The notes beneath the pieces were generated by a model. It was not told the DNA's origin and did no database searches. It worked only from the letters and a program-made list of their open reading frames with translations. Shown in pieces: positions 13,400 through 28,100 of a stretch of 64,000 nt of DNA (positions are counted from its first letter, which is position 1; the number at the start of each line of letters is the position of its first letter). The stretch covers positions 992,001 to 1,056,000 of the forward strand of contig NW_027139666.1 of assembly GCF_035084215.1 (NCBI RefSeq), in the 5' to 3' direction. Position numbers and translations under genes: made by a program. This stretch comes from Heptranchias perlo (Eukaryota).

Positions 13400-13800
13400 T
13401 TTTGTATTGAGAATTAAACCAGACATCTGCGCATGCGCGACTCAGCCCCGCCCCCAGCGCTGGTTGTTGTTGAGCGGAAGAGCGCATGCGCGCTCCCCTC
13501 CCCCAGCTCGGCCTGTGGGCGCCATTCCCTCAGTGAGCGGAAGAAGATGGTTTAAAACAGCCGGGAATGGAGAGATCATGGCCCCCGGGGGAAGGGAGCA
13601 AAGAGCAGCCTCGTTACAGCAGCTCATCGCTTCGGGACCGTGTCCGCAGATGGGCTCAGAGATCGGCATTGAGTCCGGGGGAAGGGCAGGGGGAGTCCGG
13701 GGGCTGTTTGTAAGAGGCGGAGTGGATCACGAACTGGTCACGGAACATGGAGTGAGCGGGGGAAGGGAGAGGTCATTCTCGGGCTGTGTCCAGGGTAAGG
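13400..13800 (+). promoter_or_regulatory. CpG-rich promoter-like region with NRF1 (GCGCATGCGC) x2, ETS (CGGAAG) and GC boxes; paralog ~41830-42230
   Basis: TGCGCATGCGC 13428-13438, GCGCATGCGC 13482-13491, CCCCGCCCC, CGGAAG x2. Confidence 0.65.
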
Positions 13801-14879
13801 GGAGAGAATGGGAAGAACCTGCTATTTAAAATCATTGCTGCGTTCTCTCCCCAAACCAGTAGTGAATGTTCCTGGTTTAGTTCCAGTCTCACCCTGTTTA
13901 TTGTTATTGGACAGTGACGGGTGGAAACAGAGCCGGACAGTAAGGATGTGGGGAGTTATACAAAGAGCATCTGTTGCAGGCACCAGGTGAGAAGTGTGAA
14001 GGACACTTTTTAAACAGCGGCTGTTTGGTTTCGGTTGAACGGTTCGTCCCATGGGAGATGGGATTAGAAACCTGACGTGTGCAAAGGTCCCCGCCCCATC
14101 GGGTCGTCCCATTCATGGATCAGTGCAGAGGTTGGGTTGTGTCTGGATGTCACTAAATCGTTGTAAAATTGCCCAACACATCTGGTGTGCAGAAGCTGAG
14201 TGCTGCAGTACTGCAGTGGAGTCAGACACTGACACTGTTTGTATCACTGGTTCTCATTTGTGGATATTCAAAATAATCATTGACATGGATATTAATTCGA
14301 ACACTTTTGTATTTTCTACCTCACTGGTTCTTGAGTTACAAGAGATAAATTTCTTCCTGCAGACAAATCCTTGATGGACCCAGAATCAGTGTTATGTTTC
14401 CTCCACTTGAGGCACAAGGAACAGTGCAGCCAACTCCTTCTCCCACACAGTAAGTACATTATCACACACAGCGCACAGAGACACAGACAGGTCATCAGTT
14501 CCACAGTCTCAGACAGTAGAAGCAGTCAGTCCCACACTGATCCCAAGTTCCACAGACACATTTTCAATCTAACAGTCAAACAGAGCAGGTGAGGCAGACA
14601 CTGTTCCATTTCCCCCGAGCTGAGTCCCGCTGACAGGTAGATACAAAAATCCCAGTCCAAGATCACACTATCAGATGGAAAGGCACTGTATCAATCTCAC
14701 AATAGGGCAACATTAGCTACGAATTAAATACCAGATCGAAATCACACATGGCACCCGATTTAAAGGTGCAGAATGAATCCCAATAATGTACCCTGAGATT
14801 CCAATTGATTACTCGCCCAGAACTCTCACACACATGTGAGTTTATACACTATGCGAATGGATATTGCATGTATCATGTG

Positions 14880-17800
14880 ATACAAATTGCATACGAGTCC
14901 AAAACTCATGTACAGTATCAGATTAAAAATGCTGTGAGAGTGTAATCTGAGAAACAAATTAGATATCAGTTTATAATGGACTCATATTGTGAGATGTAAA
15001 GATACAGTATCAATTCTATTAGCACAGACTGAGCTATACATTATACGCCATTTGAAAAGTGTCACCATATCAATTTGAAAGATACATTATCTTTCACAAT
15101 AGTACTCACAGAGATACAGATTTAATAGTAGTTCAAAAAGCACACAAATTATCTGATTAAAACCTACAGTGTCAAATCCTAAAGTGTGTCCACATTTACG
15201 AATTAAATAATGAGAAATATGATCTAAACATGAAGATATTAAAGCTAAATTTTTTTATGCCATAATGCAATCTGAGAGAATAATTACATACAGATACAGA
15301 ATGAATCTCACACTCAGATATAGTACCAGAGACTGACAGATGCAGAAGGAATCCCAAACTCACATACAATAATAGACTGACAGACACAGAGCGAATCCTA
15401 CACTCACATATGGTACCAGAGATGACAGATATAGAATGAATCCCACACTGGCATACAGTACCAAGGGCTGATAGATATCTAGTTAATTACTCACTCTCAT
15501 AAAGTACTAGAGACTGACAGAAAGATAATGACTCCCACATTCACACAGTACCAGAGCCTGAGAGATACAGAATGAATCACACACTCACACACAGTACCAG
15601 AGACTGACAGATAGAGAATGCATCCCAAACCAACATGCAGTCTGAGAGGCTGCATATACAGAAAGAATTCAACACCCACATACAAGACTGGAGACTGAAA
15701 GAGACAGAATAAATCCCACACTCACAGTATCAGAGACTGCATATATAGAATAAATCACAAACTCACACACACTACTGACAAGATACAGAATGAATCCCAC
15801 ACTGACAAACTGTTCCAGATACTGAGAGATACAAAATGAATCACACATTAGTGCAGGCTGAGTAACATTATTTACCAGTCCAAGAAGTATCAGATTGAAA
15901 GATACAGTATCAATTCCATTAGTGCAGACTGATCTACACATTATATACCACTAAAAAAACTGATGCAGATTCAGACTGAAATATACAGTATTCCATTCAT
16001 GCAGACTGAGCTACACATCATATACAAGTTCAAAAATGTCACCAATCAGTTTGGAAGATGAACTAATTCACAATTGTGTTCCCATCGATACCGATTTAAT
16101 AGTAGTCCAAAAAGTGCCCACATTCTCGGACTATATTCTAAAGCATTTCATTATCAACCAATTAAACACTGGGAAAAATATGCATTAATTGAGCTATTAA
16201 AGATAAAGTTTTGAACACCATACTGTAAACGGAGATACAAATTACATACAGATAAGGAATGAATCTCACACTCAGATAGAGGGCCAGAGAGTGACACACA
16301 GAATGAAACCAGCACTCACACAATGTAACAGAGACTGACAGATACCGAATGAATCCTACATTCACACACAGTAAAAGGGACTGACAGATATAGAATGAAT
16401 CACACACACCCACAGTACCAGAGCCTGACAGATACAGAATGAATCCCACACGCACAGACAGTACTAGGGACTGTCAGATACAGAATGAATCCCACACTCA
16501 CAGACAGTACTAGGGACTGACAGATATAGAATGAATCCCACACTCACAGACAGTACTAGGGACTGACAGATACAGAATGAATCTCACAGTCACACACATT
16601 AATGCAGTCTGAGTTACACATTACACATCAGTCCAAAAATCTCATAGTGTCAGATTGAAAGATACAGTATCAAATCCATTAGTGCAGACTGATCTACATA
16701 TTATAAAGCACTACAAAAAACTGATAAAGATTCAGACTGAAATATACAGTATACCTTTCAAGCAGACTGAGCTACACATCATATACAAGTTCAAAAATGT
16801 CACCATATCATTTTGGAAGATAAACTAATTCACAATTTTTTTCCCATCGATACAGATTTAATAGAAGTCCAAAAAGTGCCCACATTCTCTGATTATAACC
16901 GAAAACATTATATTTTAAAATGTATCATTATCTACCAATTAAACACTGGGAAAAATTATTGATACATTGAGGTATTAATGAGAGAGTTTTGAACACCATA
17001 CTGTAAACAGAGACACAAATTACATACAGATAAAGAATGAATCTCACACTCAGATAGAGGGCCAGAGACTGACATGCAAATTGAAAACAGCACTCAAACA
17101 ATGTAACAGTGACTGACAGATACAGAATGAATCCGACACTCACACACATTACAAGGGACTGACAGATACAGAATGAATCCTACACTCACACTCATTACAA
17201 GGGACTGACAGATACAGAATGAATCCCACACTCACACACATTACAAGGGACTGACAGACATAGAATGAATCACACACTCCCACGGTACCAGAGACTGACA
17301 GATACAGAATGAATCCTAAACTCACACACTGTAGCACAGACTAACAGAGACAAAATTTATATCACTCACAAACAGTACCAGAAATTGATAGATGCAGAAT
17401 GAAAGTCTCCCTCACATATAGCACCTGACACTGACGGAAACAGACTGAAACGCTCATTCACACAAAATACCAGGGACTAACAGATATTGAATGAATCCCA
17501 TACTCACACACAGTACCAGAGACTGACAGATACAGAGTTAATTCCACACTTATACACAGTACCTGAGACTGGCAGATACAGAATTAATCCCACTCTCGTA
17601 TACAGTGCCACAGACTTGCAGATACAGAATGATCCCAAACTCATATGTAGTGCCAGAGACTGAGAGATACAGAATTAACACCATGCTCACACTCAGTACC
17701 AGAGACTGGCAGATACAGAATGAATCCCACACTCACACAGTATCAGATATTGACATGCAGAGTAAACCCCGCTCTCACACACAGTACTGGAGACTGACTT
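14880..17800 (+). repeat. Satellite block (46-bp and 82-bp units, internal ~0.8-kb duplication)
   Basis: Same motifs; ~15850-16500 repeated at ~16600-17350. Confidence 0.9.
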
Positions 17801-19439
17801 CTGCTGGACGTAAGCGAGAACTGTAAAAGAGCGGAACAAATTCACATTTTATGTCGTGGTTACAGAAATCGGACAATGTGCAACGTGAGGAAAGGTTCTC
17901 TCTGTAACTTCTACTCCCGTATTTTTGCTCGTTTTGTTATTGAAAAATGATGACAATTGTTTCATAATAAAGTTTTTGTTTCACTCATTCGATAGTTGTG
18001 AATTTGCCCCATTATATTTCACTGTACATTGCACAGTATTTCTCTCTGATTTCTCAGGACACGATTTGCATTGCTCCTTTACCACATTTAGACACTTATT
18101 TTCCAAGCAGTATGTGGCCTCCTTATTCCCCCTGGCAAAATGCACCAGCTCACACCTTTCTATATTGAAATTCAATGGCCATTTACACGGCCGTTCTGCA
18201 AGCTTATTTTGTCGTAGTCTTCCTCAGTATTGACTACACCCCCTAAATTAATTAAAATCATTTAATACAGCATTACAACCAATGTTTTATCGAAAAAATG
18301 TTCTCCATTCCCAGTTTTTCTAAATCCCACCCGTGCAATATAATGTGAAGAATGAGTTTATCTTCTGTCCCTCTCTCATCTGCAAACTTCAATGACCCGG
18401 GGTTTGGGGACATCTACTGGCCGGAAGCAGAACTGCAACAGTTCGGAACAAATTGCTGAAACCGGACAATGTGCAGTGTGAGCGTGTTTGTGATTGGTGG
18501 CAGGTATTAAATCTGATTTTTTAAACCTGCCCATTAACCTTTAGTGTTTGTTATTGAAGAGTAAACAGAGCCGGACAGTAAGGATGTGGGGAGTTATACA
18601 AAGAGTATCTATTGCAGGCATCAGGTGAGAAGTTTGAAGGACACATTTTAAACAGTGGCTGTTTTGTTTCGGTTGAACGGTTAGTCCCATGGAAGAGGGG
18701 ATTAGAAATCTGATATGTGCAAAGCTCCCCGCCCCATCGGGTAGTCCCATTCATGGATCAGTCCAGGGGTTGGGTTTTGTCTGAATGTCACTAAACTGTT
18801 GTAAAACAGCCCAACACACCTGGTGTGCAGAAGCTGAGTGCTGCAGTACTGCAGTGGAGTCAGACACTGACACTGTTTGTATCGCTGATTTTCATTTGTG
18901 GATATTCAATATTATTATTAACAGATATTAATCTGATCACTTCTGCATTTTCTACCTCACCTGTTCTTGATTTACAAGAGATACGTTTCTTTCTACAGGC
19001 AAATACTTGAAGGAGCCAGAATGAATGTGAAATTTCCTCCACCCGAGGCAAAGGAACAGTGCAGCCAGCTGCTTCTCACACACAGTAGGTATATTCTCAC
19101 TCTCAGAGCACAGAGACACAGACAGGTCATCAGTTCCACAGTCCCACACAGCAGAAGTAGTCAGTCCCAAACTGATCCCAAGTTCCAGAGTCACATTTTC
19201 AATCCAACATTCAAACAGAGCAGGTGAGGCAGACACTGTTCCATTTCTCCCAAACTCAGTCCCGCTGACAGGTGGATTCAAAAATCCCAGCCAAAATCAC
19301 ACTATCAGATTGTCAATTTCACAAAAGGGCAACATTAGCCATGAATTAAATACCAGATGTCCCGAGATTCAAATTGAATACTAGCCCAGAACTCTCACAC
19401 ACACGTGAGTTTAATACATGCAGTATCCATTCGAATGGT

Positions 19440-22400
19440 GTATCATTCAAATACAAAATGAAGGCCGAAACTCATGCACAATATCAGATTGAGAAATGCT
19501 GTGACAGTGTAACCAGAGAAACAAATTAGATACCAGTTTATAATATACTCACATTATGAGATTTAAAGATACAGTATCAATTCTATTAGCACAGACTGAG
19601 ATGCACATTATTTACCAATTCAGAAATGTCACCATATCAATTTGAAAGATAAATTATCATTCACAATATTACTCACAGATTTACAGATTTAATAGTAGTC
19701 CAAAAAGCACACAAATTATCTGATTAAAGCCTCCAGCTTCAAATCCGAAAGTGTATCCATATTTACCAATTAAATAATGAGAAAAGCTATTCAAGCATTA
19801 ACTTATTAAAGCTACAGTATTGAACATCATAATGTAATCTGAGAGAATAATTATGGACAGAAACAGAATGAATCTCACACTCCGATACAGTACAGAGACA
19901 GACATGCAGAAGTAATCCCAAACTCGCATACAGTACTAGAGGTTGCCAGACACAGAGTGAATCCCATACTCAAGTATGGTACCAGAGATGACAGAAACAG
20001 AATGAATCCCACTCAGGCATACAGTACCAAGGACAGACAGATACCGAGTTCATCCCAAATTCTAATAAAGCACTAGAGACTGAGAGTTAAAGTATGAATC
20101 GCAAACTCACACACAGCAGCAGAGACTGACAGACACAGAATGAATCCCACACTCACACACAGTACCAGAGACTGACAGATACAAAATGAATCCCACACTC
20201 ACTCACAGCACCTGAGACTGACAGATACAGAATGAATCCCACACTCACTCACAGCACCTGAGACTGACAGATACAGAATGAATCCCACACTCACTCACAG
20301 CACCCGAGACTGACAGATACAAAATGAATCCCACACTCACACACAGTACCAGAGACTGAGAGATACAAGGTGAATCTCACAGTCACCTACATTAGTGCAG
20401 GCTGAGTTATAAATTACGTTCCAGTCCAAAAATCTCAGTGTCAGATTGAAAGATACAGTATCAATTCCATTAGTGCAGACTGAGCTGCACATTAGAAACC
20501 ACGACAACAAAACTGATACAGATTCAGACTGAAATATACAGTATTCCATTCATGCAGACTGAGCTACACATTATATACAAGTTCAAAAATGTCACCATAT
20601 CAATTGGAAGATGCACAAATTCACAATTGTGTTCCCAATGTAGATTTAATAGAATTCCAAAAATAGATGCCCACATTATCTTATTACATTTTTTAAAATG
20701 TCATTATCTACCAATTAAAACTGGGAAAAATTATTCATACATTTCAGTATTAAAGATACAGATGTGAACGCCATCCTGTAAATGAAGATATAAATTAGAT
20801 ACAGATAAAGAATGAATCTCTCACTCCGATAGAGTGCCAGAGACTGATATGGAGAATGAATCCCAAACTCATACAATTTACCAGCGACTGACAGATTCAA
20901 AATGAATCCCACACTCACACACTGTAGCACAGACTGACAGATACAGAATTTAAATCACTCACATACAGCATCAGAAATTGATAGATACAGAATGAATGTC
21001 TCACTCACATATAGTACCAGAGACTGACAGGAACAGAACGAATCGCTCACACATACAAAATCAGAGACTGAGAGATATGGAATGAATCCCAAACTCACAC
21101 ACAGTACCAGAGACTGATAGATCCAGAATGAATACCACATTCACATCGAGTATCAGGAACTGACAATCACAGAATGAATCTCACAGTCACACTACTGCAG
21201 ACTGAGTTACATTTTACATACCAGTTCAAAGATATCATAGTGTCAGATTGAAAGCGACGGTATGAATACCATTAGTGCAGACTGAGCTACATAGTAGAAA
21301 TATTAGTAAATACTCATAGAGTAATATACTGAAATAAACAGTATCAATACCATTCGTTCAGACTGAGCTACACATTATATACCAGTCCAAAAACCTCATA
21401 AATGATCAGACTGGAAGATACAGTATCAATTCTATTAGCACTGCCTGACCTGTACATTACATACCAGACTGAAAATCCCATAAAATCTTCGACTGAAATA
21501 AACAGTATCAATTCCATGAGTGCAGACTGAGCCACACATTACATAGCAGTCCAAGAATCTCATACCCCATCAGACTCAAAGATACAATAACAATTCCATT
21601 AGCACAGATGACGAGTCCAAAAATCTCATAGAATGTCAGATTGAAAGATTCAGTATCACTTCCATTTGTGCAGAATGAGCTACACATCACATTCCAGTCC
21701 AAAAATCTCATACAGTATCAGACTGATAGATACAGTATCAATTCCTTTAGTGCAGGCTGAGCTACATATTACATACCAGTCCAAAAATCTCATACAATAT
21801 TAGATTGAGATGCAGAATTAATCCCATTATTGCTGACTGAGCTATACATTACATACCAATCCAATAATTTCACCACGAACAGATTGAAAGGTACATTATC
21901 ATTCACAACAGAGTTCAGAGATTAAGATGTAATCACACTCCAAAGCTCACACACGTTGTTTGATTAAAGAAAATTGAAAAGTGTATCCATATTTACAAAT
22001 TAAACACTGGACGAAGAACTGCATATAATTTAAAGTATTAAAGATACAGTTTCAAATACGATACTGTAAACTGAAATAAGAATACAGAATGAATCCAGAC
22101 TTGCACATTGTCTCAGAGACTGAATTACAGAATTAATCCCACACTGAGATAATGTAGCAGAGACTGACAGATACAGAATAAATCTCACACTCACACACAG
22201 CACCAGAGACCTGCAGATACAGAATTAATCCCACACTCACACACAGTACCAGAGACCGACAGATACAGAATGAATCTCCACACTCACAGACTGTACTGGA
22301 GACGACAGATATAGAATGAATGTCACAGTCACATTACTGAAGACTGAGTTACACTTTACAGACAAGTCCAAATATCTCATAGTGGCAGATTGAAAGATAC

Positions 22401-23430
22401 AGTCTAAATTCTATTGGTGCAGACTGAGCTACATATAGGATATAGTGTTAAATACTCGTGTTTGCTGAAATAAACATTATCAATACCATTGGTACAGACT
22501 GAGCTACACATTACGTACTAGTCCAAAAATCACAAATGATCAGATTGGAAGATACAATTTAAATTCTATTCGCACTGCCTGAGCTGAACATTATATATCA
22601 GTCCAACAATCTCATACAATATTAGACTGAAAGATACAGAATCGATTCAATTAGTGAAAACTGAGCCACACATTATATAGCAATCCAAGAATCTCATACC
22701 GTATCAGACTCAAAGATACAATATTAATTCCATTAGCACAGACTGAGCTACACGTTACTCACCAGTCCAAAAATCTCAAACTGAATCTTTCAATGTGACA
22801 CTGTATCAATTCCATTCGTGCAGCCTGAGCTATACATTGCATTCCAGTCCAAAAATTTCATACAGTATAAGAATGATAGATACAGTATCAATTACTTTAG
22901 TGCAGGATGAGCTACATATTACATACCAGTCCAAAAATCACATACAGTGTTAGACTCAGATGCAGAATTAATCCCATTATTGCAGACTGAACTACACATT
23001 ACTCACCAGTCCAGTAATTTCAACGTGAACAGATTGAAAGGTATATTATCATTCACAATAGAGTTCAGAGATTAAGATGTAACACGACTCCAAAACTCTC
23101 ACACGTTGTTTGATTAAAGAAAATCAAAAAGTGTATCTGTGTGAACAAATTAAATGCTCGATGAAGACATGTATATACTTTAAAGTTTCAATACAATAGT
23201 GGAAACTGAAATAAGAGTATAGAATGCACATTGTCACAGAGATTTAATTGCAGAATGAATCCCACACTGAGATAAAGTAGCAGAGAATGGCAGATACAGA
23301 ATGTATCCCACACACAGACAGTACCAGAGACTGACAGATGCAGAATATACCCCATGCTCACACTCAGTTTCAGAGACTGACAGATACAGAATAAACCCCA
23401 GTCTCATATCCAGTACCAGAGACTGACCTC
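19440..23430 (+). repeat. Satellite block (alternating 46-bp and 82-bp arrays)
   Basis: Same motifs; ~21180-22300 repeated at ~22320-23400. Confidence 0.9.
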
Positions 23431-24732
23431 GACTGACGGGAAGCGACAACTATAATAAGGCAACGAATTCACATTCTCTGTCGTGGTTCCAGAAACAGGA
23501 CAATGTGCAATGTGAGGGATGTTTCTGTCTGTAACTTTTACTCTCGTATTTTTGCACTTTTTGACGGTGAAAAATGAAGACAATTGATTCATAATAAAGT
23601 TTTTGTTTCACTCGTTCCATAGTTGTGAATTTGCCCCATTATATATCACTGTACATTGCACAGTATTTCTCTCTGATATCTCAGGATGATTTACATTGCT
23701 CCTCTACCCCATTTAGACTCTTATTTTCCATGCAGTATGTGGCCTCCTTATTCCCCTTGGCGAAATGCCCCACCTCACACCTTTCTATATTGAAATTCAA
23801 TGGCCATTTACAAGGCCGTTCTGCATGTTTATTTTGTCCCAGTCTTGATCTGTATTGACTATATCTCCGAAACAAATTACAAGAATTTAACACAGTATCA
23901 CAACCAGTGTTTGCTCTAACAAAATGTACTTGCAGCTCGTCTCAATCCCCAGTTTTTCTAAATCCCACCCGTGCAATATAATGTGAAGAATGAGTTTATC
24001 TTCTGTCCCTCTCTCATCTGCAAACTTCAATGTCCCGGGGTTTGGGGACATCTACTGGCCGGAAGCAGAACTGCAACAGTTCGGAACAAATTGCTGAAAC
24101 CGGACAATGTGCAGTGTGAGCGTGTTTGTGATTGGTGGCAGGTATTAAATCTGATTTTTTTAAACCTGCCCATTAACCTTTAGTGTTTGTTATAGAACAG
24201 TAAACAGAGCCGGACAGTAAGGATATGGGGAGTTATACAAAAAGCATCTATTGCAGGCATCAGGTGAGAAGTTTGAAGGACACATTTTAAACAGCGGCTG
24301 TTTAGTTTTGGTTGAACGGTTATTCCCATGGGAGCGGGGATTAGAAATCTGATATGTGCAAAGGTCTCCGCCCCATCGGGTAGTCCCATTCATGGATCAG
24401 TGCAGGGGTTGGGCTGTGTGTGGATGTCACTAAATTGTTGTAAAACAGCCCAACTTACCTGGTGTGCAGAAGCTGAGTGCTGCAGTACTGCAGTGGAGTC
24501 AGACACTGACACTGTTTGTATCGCTGGTTTTCATTTGTGGATATTACAATGATTATTAACAGAGAGATTCAATTGATCACTTTTGTATTTTCTACCTCAA
24601 CTGTTCTTGAATTACAAGAGATAATTTTTCTTCCTACAGGCAAATCCTTGAAGGGCCCAGAATTAGTGTGATGTTTCCTCCACCCGGGGCACAAGGAACA
24701 GTGCAGCCAGCTTCTTCTCACACACAGTATGT

Positions 24733-25638
24733 ATAGAGTCATAGAGTTATACAGCACGGATAGAGGCCCTTCGGCCCATCGTGTCCGCGCCGGCCATCAG
24801 CCCTGTCTACTCTCATCCCATATTCCAGCATTTGGTCCGTAGCCTTGTATGCTATGGCATTTCAAGTGCTCATCCAAATGCTTCTTGAATGTTGTGAGGG
24901 TTCCTGCCTCCACAACCCTTTCAGACAGTGAGTTCCAGACTCCAACCACCCTCTGGGTGAAAAAGTTCTTTCTCAATTCCCCTCTAAACCTCCCGCCTTT
25001 TACCTTGAATCTATGTCCACTTGTTATTGAACCCTCAAAGAAGGGAAAAAGCTCCTTAGTATCCATCCTATCTGTGCCCCTCATAATTTTGTACACCTCA
25101 ATCATGTCCCCCCTCAGCCTCCTCTGCTCCAAGGAAAACAAACCCAATCTTGCCAGTCTCTCTTCATAGCTGAAGCGCTCCAGCCCTGTTAACATCCTGG
25201 TGAATCTCCTCTGCACCCTCTCCAAAGCGATCACATCCTTCCTGTAGTGTGGCGACCAGAACTGCACACAGTACTCCAGCTGTGGCCTAACCAGTGTTTT
25301 ATACAGCTCCATCATAACCTCCTTGCTCTTATATTCTATGCCTCGGCTAATAAAGGCAAGTCTCCCATATGCCTTCTTTAGCACCTTATCTACCTGTTCC
25401 GCCGCCTTCAGGGATCTGTGAACTTGCACACCAAGATCCCTCTGACCCTCTGTCTTGCCTAGGGTCCTCCCATTCATTGTGTATTCCCTTGCCTTGTTAG
25501 TCCCTCCAAAGTGCATCACCTCGCACTTTTCCGGGTTAAATTCCATTTGCCACTGTTCCGCCCATCTGACCAACCCATCTCTTTAGTCCTGCAGACTGAG
25601 GCTATCCTCCTCGCTATTTACCACCCTACCAATCTTTC
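24733..25638 (-). mobile_element. 5'-truncated CR1-clade LINE, family B
   Basis: ORF 24797-25573 (WQMEFNPEKCEVMHFG...[15 protein letters not shown]...); 3' tail ACTCTATGACTCTATA; absent from paralogous sites at ~900 and ~42860. Confidence 0.95.
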
Positions 25639-26059
25639 TTAATATACTCTGTGAGTATATTATCACTCACAGAGCACAGAGACACAGACAGGTCATCAAT
25701 CCCACAGTCTCACACAGCAGAAATAGTCAATGCCAAACTGATCCCAATCCAACAGTCAAACAGAGCAGGAGAGACTGACGGAATTTCTATTTCACAATGA
25801 CTCAATCCCGCTGACTGGCAGATAAATAATTCCCAGTCCAAAATCACACCCAGTATCAGATTGAAAGTCACTGTGTTAATCTCACATAAGATCAGAATTA
25901 GCTACAAATTAAATACCAGATAGAACTGACACATGGTACTGATTGATAGGTACAGAATGAATCACAATAGTGTACCCCGAGATTCAAATTAAATACCAGC
26001 CCACAACTCACACCACATTATGAGTTTAAAGATGCAGTATTCATGCCAATATTATACAC

Positions 26060-27280
26060 TGAGATACAAATTAGATACCAGTTCAGATGTTACCCATATT
26101 TGACTCACATATATGTCCAAAAACCTCATAGTGTCAGAATGAAATGTACAGTTTCAATCCTATTGTTGCAGATTGAGCTACACATTATATACCAGTCCAA
26201 AATTTGCATAAAGTATCATACTGGAAGATACAGTATCAATCCCATTAGACAGAGGTACACATTAGTTACCTGTCCAAAAATCATATTTATCAAACTGAAA
26301 GGCAGAGTATCAATTCCCTTACTGCAAACGGAGGTTCACATTAGATACCTGTCCAGAAATCACGTACAGTACCATACTGAAAGAAATAGTATTGATTTAA
26401 TTAGTACAGACTGACCTACACGTTACATACCAGTACAAAAATCTCACGCAGTTTCAGACTGGAAGATACAGTATCAATCCCATTAGTGCAGACTGAGGTG
26501 TACATTAGATACCAGTCCAAAAGTCACATTCAGTGTCAAAATGAAAGATACAGTATCAATTCCTTTCGTGCAGACTGAACTACACCTTACAAACCTGTCT
26601 AAATATATTACACAGTATCAGACTGAAAGGTACAGTATGAATTCCATTTTACAGACTGAACCACACATTACATACCAGTCCAAAAATCTCATACAGTGTC
26701 AGACTGAAAGATACAATAATTATTCTATTAGCCCAGACTGAGCTACAAAATAAATACCAGTCCAATAATTTCACAGTAAAAGATTGAAATACACATTATC
26801 TTCACGGAGATTAAGATGTAATCATTCAACAAAACTCGCACACGTTGTTTGATTAAAACAAAATCCAAAAGTGTATCAATATTTACAAATTAATGCAGCA
26901 CGAAAGATTTGCATACATTAATGAATTAAACATACAGTTTCAAGTACCATACTCTAACCTGAAATAAGAATAGAGAACGAATCCAGACTTGCACTTTGCC
27001 CAGAGACTGAGTTACAGAATGAATCCCACACTGAAATAGAATACCAGAGACTGACAGTCACAGAATGAATCCCACACTCACAGATAGCACCAGAGATTGA
27101 GAGATACAAAACGAATCACACACTCACACACAGTACCAGAGACTGACAGATACAGAATGAATCCCACACTCACAGACTGTATTGGAGACTGACGGATACA
27201 GAATGAATATCACACTCACATACAGTACCAGAGAATGACAGACATAGAATTAATGCCACACTCACATGCAGTCTGACATC
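26060..27280 (+). repeat. Satellite block, paralog of 1290-3195
   Basis: Same motifs and order. Confidence 0.9.
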
Positions 27281-28029
27281 TACTGGCCATAAGTGAGAAC
27301 TGTAACTGAGTGGAACAAATTCACATTCTCTGTCGTTGTTCCAGATTCAGGACAATGTGCAATGTGAGGAAATAGTTTCTCTCTGTAACTTCTACTCCCG
27401 TATTTTTTCTAATTTTGTCAGTTAAAAATTAGACAATTGATTTCGAATAAAGTTTTTGTTTTCCTCATTCGAAAGTTGCCCCATTATATTTCACTCTACA
27501 TTGCGCAATATTTCTGTCTGAATTCTCAGGAGACGATTTATATTAATTCAAATAAACCGAACTGAAACACAAATAAAAACTGAGTGCAAATCTGCAAGTT
27601 TCAACGGCGACCGTCAAAAGTGAAAGGGATAAAATATAGAAAAAAATCAAACCGAAAATGCTGGAAAGGCTCAGCAGGTCCGGCACCATCTGTGGAGAAT
27701 GGAAGCTCGGGTTAACGGTTCAGGACTATGACCCTTCTATAGATCAGAAAGGTTAATCCGACATAATTTAAATAAGGAACGGGAATCAGCAGAGGGAAAA
27801 ACTTCAGAAAATCAATTAATTTCACTGAATCCGAGCAATTGTGTCCCGTATCCACTGTACAGATCAGGACAAATAATAATACAAAGGAACAGAGTTAATT
27901 CAACGATATGGGGGAAATAAATGAATTTTAAAAATATTTTTTTATATAAATTAGACTCGTTTGTGTTTTGAAAACACTATCCCTCTGAACATCATCAAAT
28001 TCGGTTTCAGTCTTGGTGTTTCTGAATTC

Positions 28030-28100
28030 AGCGTGCTGGGATTCAAACCTGTTGGAATTAATTGTTTGGAAGGGAGCGATACTCACCATCATAGCACCTT
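28030..28100 (-). pseudogene. Decayed tRNA-Gly(TCC) copy
   Basis: Paralog of 3960-4030 in the duplicated unit. Confidence 0.65.

Noticed and set aside
12147-13829. 188-192 aa ORFs between H1 and the CpG promoter
   Set aside because: Low-complexity or GC-rich frames with no recognisable domain; frames not preserved in the 41-42 kb paralog.
14203-14216. 14-bp palindrome CTGCAGTACTGCAG in several duplicates
   Set aside because: Copies arise from segmental duplication, it is altered at ~660 and ~46205, and no CTCF core or other function is supportable.
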